Virus record (IMG/VR): IMGVR_UViG_3300037631_001279
Span: 1-25,175 of that record
Direction: 5' to 3' (one strand)
DNA: 25,175 bases
DNA from: a virus
Taxonomy: Duplodnaviria; Caudoviricetes
Made by a program: the position numbers and the translations under genes
Shown: piece by piece, positions 8,128 through 18,000 of the stretch
Numbering within the stretch: the first letter of the stretch is position 1
Layout: each line of letters starts with the position of its first letter
Notes under the pieces: model-generated
Databases searched by the model: none
Told to the model about the DNA's origin: nothing
The model's input: only the letters and a program-made list of their open reading frames with translations

Positions 8128-8696
8128 TGGCTTATTCAGTAGTAACACCAGCGGCCAGCGAGCCGATTACATTAGAAGAGGCGAAGAACTTCTTGCGTGT
8201 TGATGGTAGTGATGATGATGCGCTTATAGGCGCATTGATTTCTGCTGCGCGTGAGATGTGTGAGCAGTATACTCGCAGAATCTTGGTTACTACTACCATT
8301 GATGAGTATTTTGATGGCTTCCCGAACTATAAGAATGCGGTAAGCAAAGACATCATCTACCTATCAAGAGGCCCAGTGCAATCAATCACAAGCCTTAAGT
8401 ATGTTGATGAGATTGGCTCGGAAGAGACCGTCGCATCATCTTACTACGTTTCTGATACTATAAGTGAACCAGCAAGAGTAGCTTCTACTGCTGGATGGTT
8501 TGCGACTAACGGAATCATCAATCAAGTCATTGTCCGCTATGTAGTGGGTGCTGATGTGAGTAGTATACCCACGCCATTAAAGCAAGGGATGCTCCTAATC
8601 ATCAGCGACTTATATGATAAGAGAGATGACCGAGTGAGAAAAATGCCAACAGCATCGGAGTACCTGTTTAACCCATTCCGCATCTTTACATTCTAA
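8127..8696 (+). CDS. head-tail connector (HK97 gp6 / phiE125 gp8-like)
   Basis: 'EPITLEEAKNFLRVD..DDDALIGALISAAREMCEQYTRR' and 'LKQGMLLIISDLYDKR'. Confidence 0.92.
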   Translation: MAYSVVTPAASEPITLEEAKNFLRVDGSDDDALIGALISAAREMCEQYTRRILVTTTIDEYFDGFPNYKNAVSKDIIYLSRGPVQSITSLKYVDEIGSEETVASSYYVSDTISEPARVASTAGWFATNGIINQVIVRYVVGADVSSIPTPLKQGMLLIISDLYDKRDDRVRKMPTASEYLFNPFRIFTF

Positions 8697-9025
8697 TGAT
8701 AGACCAAGCTGGACAACTGGATCGTAGAATCACTATTCAAACCTTTAGTGAAACTACGGATAACTTTGGGCAAGAAGTGAAGAGCTTCTCTACCCTTGCT
8801 TCAGTATGGGCCAACGTGGTTGAGAGAGTAGGGCGCGAGGGTGAAGACGGTGAGATGATAGCAGCCACTAAAAAGGTGGAGTTTATTATTCGCTACCGCA
8901 CTGATGTTGATGAGGAGATGCGTATTTTATACAACAACAATACATATAAGATTCAAGCGATACAATCCGCAGATGCCCGCAAGGCATTCCTTAAGATTGT
9001 ATGCTTATGGTCAGATGCGCAGTAA
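8696..9025 (+). CDS. head closure / head-tail adaptor (SPP1 gp16-like)
   Basis: 'AGQLDRRITIQ', 'VWANV' and 'FIIRYRTDVDEEMRILYNNNTYKI'. Confidence 0.9.
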   Translation: MIDQAGQLDRRITIQTFSETTDNFGQEVKSFSTLASVWANVVERVGREGEDGEMIAATKKVEFIIRYRTDVDEEMRILYNNNTYKIQAIQSADARKAFLKIVCLWSDAQ

Positions 9026-9561
9026 TGGAAAACGTAAAAGTAAGAGTTGAGGGTGTCGCTGAGGTGATGAGAAAGCTCCGCAAACTTGATGATAGACTCA
9101 AGAAGAGAATACTCAAGAAAGTAGGGAAGAAATCACTGCCGCCTATGGTTGACTCTTATAAGCGCAACATCACTGATGCAGATGAGGTGTTTAAAGTATA
9201 TCGAAACGGCAAGATAGCCTACGAGATAAAGCCTGGACAACTGCGCAGAAGTGTTGGTATAAAGACACCCAAGCACCTACAAAAGAAAGATGTAGTAGGT
9301 ATGAGTGTTGGGCCACGCAGAAGCGGTAGGTATAAAGATGCAGAGAAAGGCGGTTGGTACGCTGGGATGATAAACTTTGGCTGGTTAAGAGTTGGAGGCA
9401 ATCAAGGAAAGCGATACCAAGGTCAAAACTTAAACTTTGCGCAAAAGGCAATGGCTGCTGCAAAGACAAGGGTGAATGTGAGGTTTGTCCGTGTATTTAG
9501 AACGGAAACCACAAGAGAGATAAACAAGCTCAAGTTTGGGCAGAGATTTGGTTTGCGATGA
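9025..9561 (+). CDS. HK97 gp10-like neck/tail completion protein
   Basis: Basic protein beginning 'VRVEGVAEVMRKLRKL', with 'GQLRRSV' and 'GWYAGMINFG'. ATG 9025 overlaps the upstream TAA and is preferred over 9001. Confidence 0.8.
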   Translation: MENVKVRVEGVAEVMRKLRKLDDRLKKRILKKVGKKSLPPMVDSYKRNITDADEVFKVYRNGKIAYEIKPGQLRRSVGIKTPKHLQKKDVVGMSVGPRRSGRYKDAEKGGWYAGMINFGWLRVGGNQGKRYQGQNLNFAQKAMAAAKTRVNVRFVRVFRTETTREINKLKFGQRFGLR

Positions 9562-9947
9562 TTGGTAAAGTAATAAAGTACAAGTTCGATAACACCAGCA
9601 GTTTAAACAACGTTTTCGCTGGCCGTGTTTATCCTTTGGTTGGAGCGCAAACGAGTGCCCGACCTTTTTGCATTTACGATACTACAAGCATCCGCCCTGA
9701 AGGATCGAAAGATGCCGACAGCCATATTGATATAGTCAACATTGAGCTGACTTTAATAGGAGATAACTACGGCACGCTACAAACTGCCGTTGAAAATATA
9801 CGCACGACTTTTGTGCGAATGAAGGAAACAATTGAGGGCGTGAATGTTCAATCGTGTGGCTTTGATACTCAAAGTGAGGTATTCAATGTTGATGAGGAGA
9901 CTTTTGCGGTATCAGTTGATTTAGTGTTTAGAATAGTCAAATCATAA
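9558..9947 (+). CDS. tail terminator/completion protein (DUF3168-like)
   Basis: 'GRVYPLVGAQTSARPFCIY' motif; sits directly before the tail tube gene. Confidence 0.8.
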   Translation: MIGKVIKYKFDNTSSLNNVFAGRVYPLVGAQTSARPFCIYDTTSIRPEGSKDADSHIDIVNIELTLIGDNYGTLQTAVENIRTTFVRMKETIEGVNVQSCGFDTQSEVFNVDEETFAVSVDLVFRIVKS

Positions 9948-9959
9948 AATTAAAAAAAG

Positions 9960-10394
9960 ATGGCAGCAAGTACATCAGTAATGAATAGCACCGATGTTGT
10001 AGTACGCATCGGTACTGACGGTGCAACATATGAAACCGTTGGTAAAATGACAAGCGCTTCCTTAAGCGTTACAATGGCAACTCGTGATATTTCCACGAAA
10101 GACAGCGCGGGCTGGATGGAAGTATTGGAAGGCCAAAAATCTTGGACTCTATCGGGCGAAGGCTTGGTAGTGTACAATAATAGCGGAAAGGCAACGCCTG
10201 ATGATATCTACGGACATCTAAGCAGCCGCACCGTTATTTACATTGAGTTTGGTTCAGAAGCAACTGATGAGAAATACTACAGCGGTACTGGGTACTTCAC
10301 TGAGTTCTCAACTGATGCTGGAGTAGAAGACAACGCAACGTTCTCTTTCTCATTCCAAGGAACAAGCACCTTAACTCAAGGTACTCAATCATAA
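9960..10394 (+). CDS. major tail (tube) protein, TP901-1/Phage_tube_2-like
   Basis: 'ATRDISTKDSAGWMEVLEGQKSWTLSGEG' and 'YSGTGYFTEFS...EDNATFSFSFQGT'. Confidence 0.92.
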   Translation: MAASTSVMNSTDVVVRIGTDGATYETVGKMTSASLSVTMATRDISTKDSAGWMEVLEGQKSWTLSGEGLVVYNNSGKATPDDIYGHLSSRTVIYIEFGSEATDEKYYSGTGYFTEFSTDAGVEDNATFSFSFQGTSTLTQGTQS

Positions 10395-10400
10395 TATCAG

Positions 10401-10426
10401 TAGGGGGGCTTCGGCCTCCCTATTTT
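10401..10426 (+). terminator. intrinsic terminator/attenuator after tail tube gene
   Basis: TAGGGGGG-C(TTCG)G-CCTCCCTA stem with a cUUCGg tetraloop, followed by TTTT. Confidence 0.8.
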
Positions 10427-10442
10427 AACATCACACACAACA

Positions 10443-10760
10443 ATGGAAACAAACTTGATAAAAGTAGGCGAAAAGACATACCCTGTAAAGTACGGGTTCA
10501 ATGCATTAAGATTGTTTTGCAATGCCAGCGGCATTGGATTGCAAGAGCTTGAAAAGATAGGAGAAAACATAAGTATAGACCACGCCATCAATTTGGTATG
10601 GGCGGGAATGAAAGACGGTGCACGAGCAGAGAAGCAAGCCTTCGATCTTGACACTGATGACATTGCCGACTTGCTTGATGAGGATATGAGTATCATTCAG
10701 CAGTGTATGGAATTGTTTGTTGCCTCCTTTGTGAAGCCAGGAGCTGAAGAAAAAAAGTAA
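10443..10760 (+). CDS. tail assembly chaperone (gpG-like)
   Basis: Lies between tail tube and tape measure; 'TYPVKYGFNALRLF'; ends in the slippery sequence A-AAA-AAG. Confidence 0.85.
   Translation: METNLIKVGEKTYPVKYGFNALRLFCNASGIGLQELEKIGENISIDHAINLVWAGMKDGARAEKQAFDLDTDDIADLLDEDMSIIQQCMELFVASFVKPGAEEKK
10751..10757 (+). other. programmed -1 ribosomal frameshift slippery site (A AAA AAG)
   Basis: Heptamer immediately before TAA 10758-10760. The -1 frame is open (VNAQASESLDWDALEAVGLGEMGMS...) and is the same frame as ORF 10811..11089. Confidence 0.85.
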
Positions 10761-11089
10761 ACGCCCAAGCCTCGGAATCCCTTGATTGGGATGCACTGGA
10801 AGCGGTAGGTTTGGGTGAGATGGGAATGAGTGTTGAGGAGTTCTACAATATGACTCCGCGACAATTCCAAAACAAAAGAGAGGGCTTCCAAAATCGTATT
10901 CAGTATGAGACTGAATTGGTATGGGAGACCACGAGGTGGCAAGCAGCGGTAAACATTGCGCCACATACGAAGAAAAGATTAGGCCCTAAAGACTTGGCTG
11001 TTTTCCCTTGGGATAGCAAGAAGCGAGTACATAAGGCTGCAACATACGAAGAGGTGCAAGAGGCAATTAAAAAGGTGTTTGGTAAATGA
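10757..11089 (+). CDS. C-terminal extension of tail chaperone (gpGT-like, expressed via -1 frameshift)
   Basis: 'GMSVEEFYNMTPRQF' is typical of gpT regions. The frame is continuous from the slippery site. Confidence 0.8.
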   Translation, partial: VNAQASESLDWDALEAVGLGEMGMSVEEFYNMTPRQFQNKREGFQNRIQYETELVWETTRWQAAVNIAPHTKKRLGPKDLAVFPWDSKKRVHKAATYEEVQEAIKKVFGK

Positions 11090-12702
11090 GCCGTACGGAT
11101 ATAGATTTTAAGATTGGCGCGGACTTAAAGCAGTTCCGCGGTGCAATGGGCAACATCGACCACAGCTTAAAGAAGTTAAGCGGTGGTTTTGGTGCTTTAG
11201 GTGGAGTGATTGGCGCTTCCTTTGCTATTGATATTATCCAGCAGTTTGCTGCTGAATCTATAGAGCTTGCATCTAAGATGGAAGGCGTTGAGGCGGCTTT
11301 TAATCGTTTAAACGATCCTACACTTCTTGACAACCTTAGAAAAGCCACAGCGGGCACCGTTGATGACTTAAAGCTGATGCAGACGGCTGTAAAGGCTGAA
11401 AACTTCCGTATCCCTATGGATACACTTGCGAAGGGTTTAGAGTTTGCACAACGTAGAGCACAAGCTACGGGTGAGAGCGTTGACTATATGGTTGACTCTT
11501 TTGTTACTGGTCTAGGTAGAGAATCGGTTAAGATTCTTGATAACCTTGGTATATCTACCATTGAGCTGCAAGCAAAAACCAAAGAGCTTGGCTCTATGGC
11601 TGCCGCTGTTGGTGCAATAATGGACGAGGAGTTCGAGAAGGTTGGCGAGCGCGTTACAACTACCTCAATGAAGGTAGACCAGCAGCGTGCTTCAATCACC
11701 AACCTAAAGACTGAAGTAGGTGAGAAGCTCCTACCTGTATACTCTGCTTTCCTTGACAAAACCATTAGCGGTCTTGACACCGTCAACTTTATTCTTGATG
11801 ACCAGGAGAAAGGCTACAAGCGATTATTCACTGCTGTACAATCTTACTTTAATATCACTAAGTTTGGTTTAGATTTAGTGACCAACCCTACCAAAGCACT
11901 TCTCTCTTTGCTTGGTGAAACTGAAGAAGAGGTTAAAGAGATGAACGCTGAGTTCACCAATGGCCTCCCAAAAATTGAGGACTGGAAGAACAAGGTACAG
12001 CAATGGGTTCCTTTACAAAAAGACCTAAATAAAGCTACTGATGAATCAACTGATGCAACTGATGATTTAGGCGAGGCTATAGAAAGAACGCGAAACGAAG
12101 CGCACTTCTATACTGAAACAATCCACAGGCTTAAGCAGGCTCACTCAATGCTGGGTAAAGCGCAAGAGGCAGCTTTCCAGCCAATGATGATGACCTTACA
12201 GCAATATAGAGAGTTCTCTAATGAGCTACTAAGATCACAAGCCTTAGAGAAGGGCTTGAACTTAACTTATGATTTAGAATCGGCAACCTTTGATGCGGTC
12301 ACGGCGTTCAATGAATTAGGCAGCACTATTGGAAATGTATTGACTGCATCCTTTAATGCCGCTTTAACAAGTGGCGAGAGCTTCTTTAAGGTATTCGCTG
12401 ACGGTTTAAAAGCGATGCTCGCACAGCTTGCCGCAACTATTGCAGCGGCCTTGGTTCTTAGTATTGTTATGGCTGCGGTATTAGGCGGTGGCGTAGGTGC
12501 GTTATCTATGCAATCTATTGGTACAGCATTCAAGCATTTTGGCGGCCCTTCAATGGGAGTGCCAAGTTTTGGAATAAACGGAGGACTCGGTGGCGCGATG
12601 CAAGGCATTGAGATATTTGGAAGATTAAGTGGATCCGATATATTGCTATCGGGTGAGCGTGCTGGAAGAAATAGAAATCGTTTAAGCGGAATAGGCGGAT
12701 AA
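11086..12702 (+). CDS. tail tape measure protein
   Basis: 538 aa, Ala/Gly/Leu-rich and helical, with a hydrophobic segment near the C-terminus. Follows the chaperone genes (ATGA overlap). Confidence 0.88.
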   Translation: MSRTDIDFKIGADLKQFRGAMGNIDHSLKKLSGGFGALGGVIGASFAIDIIQQFAAESIELASKMEGVEAAFNRLNDPTLLDNLRKATAGTVDDLKLMQTAVKAENFRIPMDTLAKGLEFAQRRAQATGESVDYMVDSFVTGLGRESVKILDNLGISTIELQAKTKELGSMAAAVGAIMDEEFEKVGERVTTTSMKVDQQRASITNLKTEVGEKLLPVYSAFLDKTISGLDTVNFILDDQEKGYKRLFTAVQSYFNITKFGLDLVTNPTKALLSLLGETEEEVKEMNAEFTNGLPKIEDWKNKVQQWVPLQKDLNKATDESTDATDDLGEAIERTRNEAHFYTETIHRLKQAHSMLGKAQEAAFQPMMMTLQQYREFSNELLRSQALEKGLNLTYDLESATFDAVTAFNELGSTIGNVLTASFNAALTSGESFFKVFADGLKAMLAQLAATIAAALVLSIVMAAVLGGGVGALSMQSIGTAFKHFGGPSMGVPSFGINGGLGGAMQGIEIFGRLSGSDILLSGERAGRNRNRLSGIGG

Positions 12703-12705
12703 TAT

Positions 12706-15051
12706 ATGGCAGCAGTAAAACTATACTCGGAGTTCTTAAGCTCACGAGGAACCTACTACAAGGTAGAGATATGGGATGAGGACTATACTGGTAGTTCTCC
12801 CGATGAATTTAAAGTAGATGGTAATGGTTTTGAGCTGAACTACACGGGACAAACTGACAACATCTACAGCCCAATCATTGGCTCAAGCATATCTATGGGT
12901 ATGTACATCCGTGATACTGCAACAGCGGCCTTTGAAACGAGCTTAAAGAACTACCAAGAGAATCGCTACTACATCAAAATATATAGAGGCCCCGATGATA
13001 CGAGCACTACATTCTTTTGGGGTGGCTACATCCTTCAAGATGTTGTCGCTGTAGAGGATATATCACAGCCTTATATTTTGCAGATAAGCGCAAACGATGG
13101 TATTGCAAGGCTCAAGGATGAGGACGGCCCTACTTCATTATCTGAAATTGTAACCACGGTGAGAGGTGCCATCGCTGCCATCAATACCTTCAACATCTAT
13201 GAAACCGATGACACGCTTTTAAAAGTGATAAGCAATTGGTGGAGTAATGCACATACTTACAACGCAGCACAGCAAGCCCTTGAAACAACGGAGGTCGATT
13301 GTGATGTGTTCCATTCTTTTAGTGCTGATGGATCGGTAGATAAAGCCTCATATTACGATGTGCTTACGGGAATATGCAGAATCTTTGGATTGCGCTTTTA
13401 TTTCTCTGATGGAAGCTACCGCCTTGAGCAGTTGTTTGAAAGGGACAACAACAACATCACTGAATTTAGCTACAATAAGAATGGGGTGCTGCAAGGCTCT
13501 GCAAGTGTATCACGCAATAAGACCATTGACCAAACAAGCAACAAGGCTCGCCTTGCTGGTAATATCTTCAACTTTCTCCCAGCGGTAAATGATGTGCGCA
13601 TCCAAACCTTAGAGAATGACTTGGACTATGCGGGTATTGTATCTACGCAGAACACAAGCCCGTTGATGGATTTAGGGTTTACTCCTGGCACAAACGTCAA
13701 CAACTTCCTTGAGATAACCTTTACTTATAAGGTAACATTGACCGCAAATGTGACGGACAACGCGCAGTTCTTGTGGTATATGTTTGATGTTGATGTCATC
13801 CAAGATGATGGCACGACGGTCTACTACTTGGAGCGTGACCATAACAAGCTCACACCATTAAGCCAAACGTGGACAACAACGCAAGCAGATGGCGGGTATC
13901 AAGTGCTGGCGGGTAGACTTGTTGAACGCAGTGATTTTGGATTCCAATTTACTACGGGCACCGTTACCATAGTAACGCCGTACTTGCAAACGGATGGCGA
14001 TATCACCGTGCAGTTCAATAGCAATAGATTCATCAAAGCAGACGGCACTACAAAGGTGATAAACGCTGGAAACACAGCAACGTGGAAAACGGAGGTAGTG
14101 TCAATCAGAAAGTCCATAGGTGTGAATGGCGTAGATATACGCTCTACAACTACGAACCCCGATATTGATAGCGGTATTGTTTACGATCTTGGCCAAACAA
14201 AAATCTTTGACGGGCCAGGAGTAAGAGGGAGCTTGTACAAGCGTAACTCACCAACATCAAGAACATTGACAACGGGATGGCGTGAAGGAAATAGCGGCAG
14301 TTATGTATCCGCACAACGCCTTGTGTGTAATGAGTTTTTAAGGTTGATGAATACACCCGTGAAGAAATACGAGGGGCAGTTCTTTAGTAACAATCACTTT
14401 ATGACTCGCTTAGTATTTGAAGGCACCAACTGGTTACAGCTTGGCGGTAGATACAATGCCAACAATGACGAGTGGGATGGCGAATGGTTTGGAATCTCAA
14501 GGGAGAGCATTACCATCAGCAACACCGATACAGGTGTACCCGCTGACCCAGTCTTTAGCATTGGAGGAAACAACGGCACGGGAGAGATAAACATTGCCGC
14601 TTTAGATGTCAATGATTTCAACGCACAAGATGCAAGTGTAGATAATGATGTGACGGTAGGCAATGATTTGGACGTTACAGGATCATCAACACTGGCGGCC
14701 ACATCGGTTGGTTCATTCACAACAACAAAACAAGTGAGTGTTACAATCAACAACGTCACGGGAACGGCTGGCGGTTCGGAAACATTGACATTGAATGACC
14801 ATTTCAATCACGTGTCGTATTCGGGTGGAAATGGAAACTACACTTTGAATTTACCTAATCCCGACAATGGCGTGGTGATGATATTTAAAACGGATGATTC
14901 AGTGGTGGCAAATAAAACCATCACATTGCAACCGCAATCGGGCCAGCGCATTGATGGCGAATCGACATATGTGATGAATAGAAGTTACGACGGAATCACA
15001 TTGGTCGGAAATAGCAACAACTGGTTCATCATTCAGAAAAAGGAGAAATAA
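12706..15051 (+). CDS. tail tip/baseplate protein with C-terminal fibre-like beta domain
   Basis: 781 aa, beta-rich, directly after the TMP. The C-terminus 'YTLNLP...IFK...TITLQP..GQRIDG...ITLVGNSNNWFII' resembles a recurrent phage baseplate/fibre terminal module. Confidence 0.7.
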   Translation: MAAVKLYSEFLSSRGTYYKVEIWDEDYTGSSPDEFKVDGNGFELNYTGQTDNIYSPIIGSSISMGMYIRDTATAAFETSLKNYQENRYYIKIYRGPDDTSTTFFWGGYILQDVVAVEDISQPYILQISANDGIARLKDEDGPTSLSEIVTTVRGAIAAINTFNIYETDDTLLKVISNWWSNAHTYNAAQQALETTEVDCDVFHSFSADGSVDKASYYDVLTGICRIFGLRFYFSDGSYRLEQLFERDNNNITEFSYNKNGVLQGSASVSRNKTIDQTSNKARLAGNIFNFLPAVNDVRIQTLENDLDYAGIVSTQNTSPLMDLGFTPGTNVNNFLEITFTYKVTLTANVTDNAQFLWYMFDVDVIQDDGTTVYYLERDHNKLTPLSQTWTTTQADGGYQVLAGRLVERSDFGFQFTTGTVTIVTPYLQTDGDITVQFNSNRFIKADGTTKVINAGNTATWKTEVVSIRKSIGVNGVDIRSTTTNPDIDSGIVYDLGQTKIFDGPGVRGSLYKRNSPTSRTLTTGWREGNSGSYVSAQRLVCNEFLRLMNTPVKKYEGQFFSNNHFMTRLVFEGTNWLQLGGRYNANNDEWDGEWFGISRESITISNTDTGVPADPVFSIGGNNGTGEINIAALDVNDFNAQDASVDNDVTVGNDLDVTGSSTLAATSVGSFTTTKQVSVTINNVTGTAGGSETLTLNDHFNHVSYSGGNGNYTLNLPNPDNGVVMIFKTDDSVVANKTITLQPQSGQRIDGESTYVMNRSYDGITLVGNSNNWFIIQKKEK

Positions 15052-15061
15052 AAGCCGTAAG

Positions 15062-15076
15062 GCGATACTTATATTT
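15062..15076 (+). promoter_or_regulatory. putative late promoter motif GCGATACTTATATTT, second copy
   Basis: Identical to 4198-4212; located in the 48-bp gap upstream of the 1021-aa gene. Confidence 0.65.
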
Positions 15077-15099
15077 ACAAAACATAAAACATTCACGAA

Positions 15100-18000
15100 A
15101 TGAATAGTGCTCAATTTTATTACCTACTTCGTAGAGGCATTATTGGTGGCGGCGGTGGCAAAGGCCCACTAAATGAAGTCGCTCCCGTAATCAGCGGAAC
15201 AGCCGAAAGAGGTGAAACGCTAACCTTAACAAGCAACGGTACCTGGTCAGGTACTGGTACAATATCTTTTGTTTACCAATGGAGAAGAAACGGTGCTGCT
15301 ATAAGCGGTGAAACTTCCACTACCTATGTTTTGGTAGAAGCAGATGATGATGCTTTTATCACTTGTTTTGTAACAGCAACCGATGATGAAGGCTCAAGAA
15401 ATAAATCTTCAAATTCACTTGGCCCAATATTAGGCGCGCCATCTATAGTATCCGATCCAGTTATAAGCGGAACGGCAGCAATCGGTGAAACATTAACAAG
15501 CACTGAAGGTACTTGGCAAGGTATTGCAACCATCACTTTCGCATATCAATGGAGAAGAGACGAAGTAAACATAAGCGGAGCAACCTTATCTACCTACACA
15601 CTTGTGAATGATGATTACTATGCTTTAGTTGATTGTGTAGTAACTGCTACCAACTCATTAGGTAGTGATTCTGCTGATTCAAATGATTTAGGCCCAATCG
15701 CTGGAAGCATTCCAGTTATCGCATCAGTACCTACAATATCGGGTACTGAAGAGATAGGTCAAACATTAACAGCAACACTTGCTTCGGTTACAGGCTTCCC
15801 AGTACCTACAAGCACAAGACAATGGCAACGCAGCGCAAACGGCACAACGGGCTGGTCAAATATCAGCGGTGCTACAAATGCAACTTATGATTTAGTAGTA
15901 GCAGATGATGACCAATACATCAGAGTTGTACATACGGCTACCAACACAGCAGGTTCGGATGTTGAGAATAGTGCAGCAACGGGGCAGATTTTAGGTGAAG
16001 CTCCAAGCATAAGCGGAGTGCCAACATTTAGCGGTACGGCAAGTGTAGGCTCTACTTTAACTGCATCAGCCGCATCAGTAAGCGGAACACCAACGCCAAC
16101 CACCTCCTATCAATGGCAGATTAGCGATAATGGTTCTACGGGTTGGTCAAACATCAGTGGTGCAACATCCATTGCCTATACTTTGGTTGATGATGACAAT
16201 ACTAAATATGTAAGAGTTCAGCAGACTTCTACTAATATATTAGGTACGGATAGCGCAGATAGTGCAGCAAGTTCGCAAGTAGCAGAAGGTGGTCCAATCA
16301 ATAGCGTTGCTCCAGCAATTAGTGGTACGGCAGAGCGCACTGAAACACTAACATCAACCACTGGAACTTGGACGGGAACGGGAACAATCACCTACGCATA
16401 TCAATGGAAGCGTGATGGTTCAAATATCAGTGGAGCAACAAGTTCTACCTATGTCCTTGTTACTGCTGATGACAATACGAATATCACTTGCCTTGTTACT
16501 GCAACGGATGATACTGGAAGCAGCTCACAACTATCAAATAGTTTAGGGCCAGTATTAGGATTACCATACTTACTTGCTGCACCAGTAGCAAGTGGAACGG
16601 CTCAAGTAGGGCAGACACTATCTACAACGGATGGAACTTGGCAAGGTATCGCAACGATTACATTTGCCTATCAATGGCGTAGAGATGCGGTTAATATCAG
16701 CGGTGCTACATCAAGCACCTATACTTTAGTAGCGGCGGATTATTCAACGGATGTTGATTGTGTTGTAACGGCAACAAATAGTTTAGGAAGTGCAAATGCT
16801 GATTCTAATGATATATCAAACATCGCAGGAAATGTTCCAGTAATTAGTGGCGTTCCTACAATAAGTGGTACGGCTCAAGTATTAGAAACCTTGACTGCTT
16901 CACTTGCTTCAGTGAGTGGTGTACCAACACCAACAAGCACACTGCAATGGCAGATTAGCGATGATGGCGTAAGCGGATGGAGTAACATTGTAGGAGAAAC
17001 TTCTACGACTTACACCATAGCTCTAGCGGATGATGATAAATACATTAGAGTTTCACAAACGGCTACAAATGCTGAAGGTAGTGACACTGCAAATAGTGCT
17101 TCTACTTCTGAAGTGGCTGGTAGTGTTCCAGTGATTAGCGGAGTTCCTACATTGAGTGGAGATGCAAAAGTCAATTCTACTTTAACTGCTACGGCAGCAA
17201 GTGCAACGGGTGTACCTACACCGACAACTACATTCCAATGGCAGCGGAGTGATAACGGGACAAGTGGATGGGCTAACATTAGTGGAGCGACTTCAAGCAC
17301 CTATACTGCGGTGTCAGCAGATGAAGATAAATACTTGAGAGCGGTACAAACCGAGACCAACGCATTAGGAAGTGATTCGGCCAATAGTGCATCAAGCGCA
17401 CAAGTATCTCCAGAATATGACTACATATTAGATACTTATAGCGGTGCAGAACTTGCCGTATCTTTACGCGCGTTAAGTTCTACTTATACGGGTGATGCAA
17501 TCCGTGTTCGTAGAGCATCGGACAATGCCGAGCAAGATATTGGTTTTGTTGATTTTGTACTTGACACATCATCTCTTGAAACTTTTTGTAGCGGTACGGA
17601 TGGTTTTGTAACGACTTGGTATGACCAAAGTGGTAATAGCTCTGATATGACTGAAACTACAGCATCAAAACAGCCGAAAATCGTATCAAGTGGGTCTACT
17701 ATTTTAGAGAATAGCAAACCAAGTATAGAGCCCGTAAGTGGTCAAAACTTAAGTGCAAGTTTAAGTTCAACCATAACAAGTGTGTTCCAAGTAGACACAA
17801 GAGGAAATACTACAAGCGGATACTACATACCCGCTAGAGGAGGGTCTAATGGATTGTATTACTGGTATCAAGTACGCAATTCAAGTGGAACATCATTAGG
17901 TGCTGGTATGGGTACTCCTGATTTCTATGTAAATGATAGCTTATTTACTGGAACGACACAAGGCGCAGCTTGGACATTTGATACGGGGTCGCAAAGAATA

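Noticed and set aside
15166-17415. Internal nucleotide repeats as DGR template/variable repeats
   Set aside because: No reverse transcriptase in the window, the differences are not adenine-specific, and the repeats are in-frame domain duplications.
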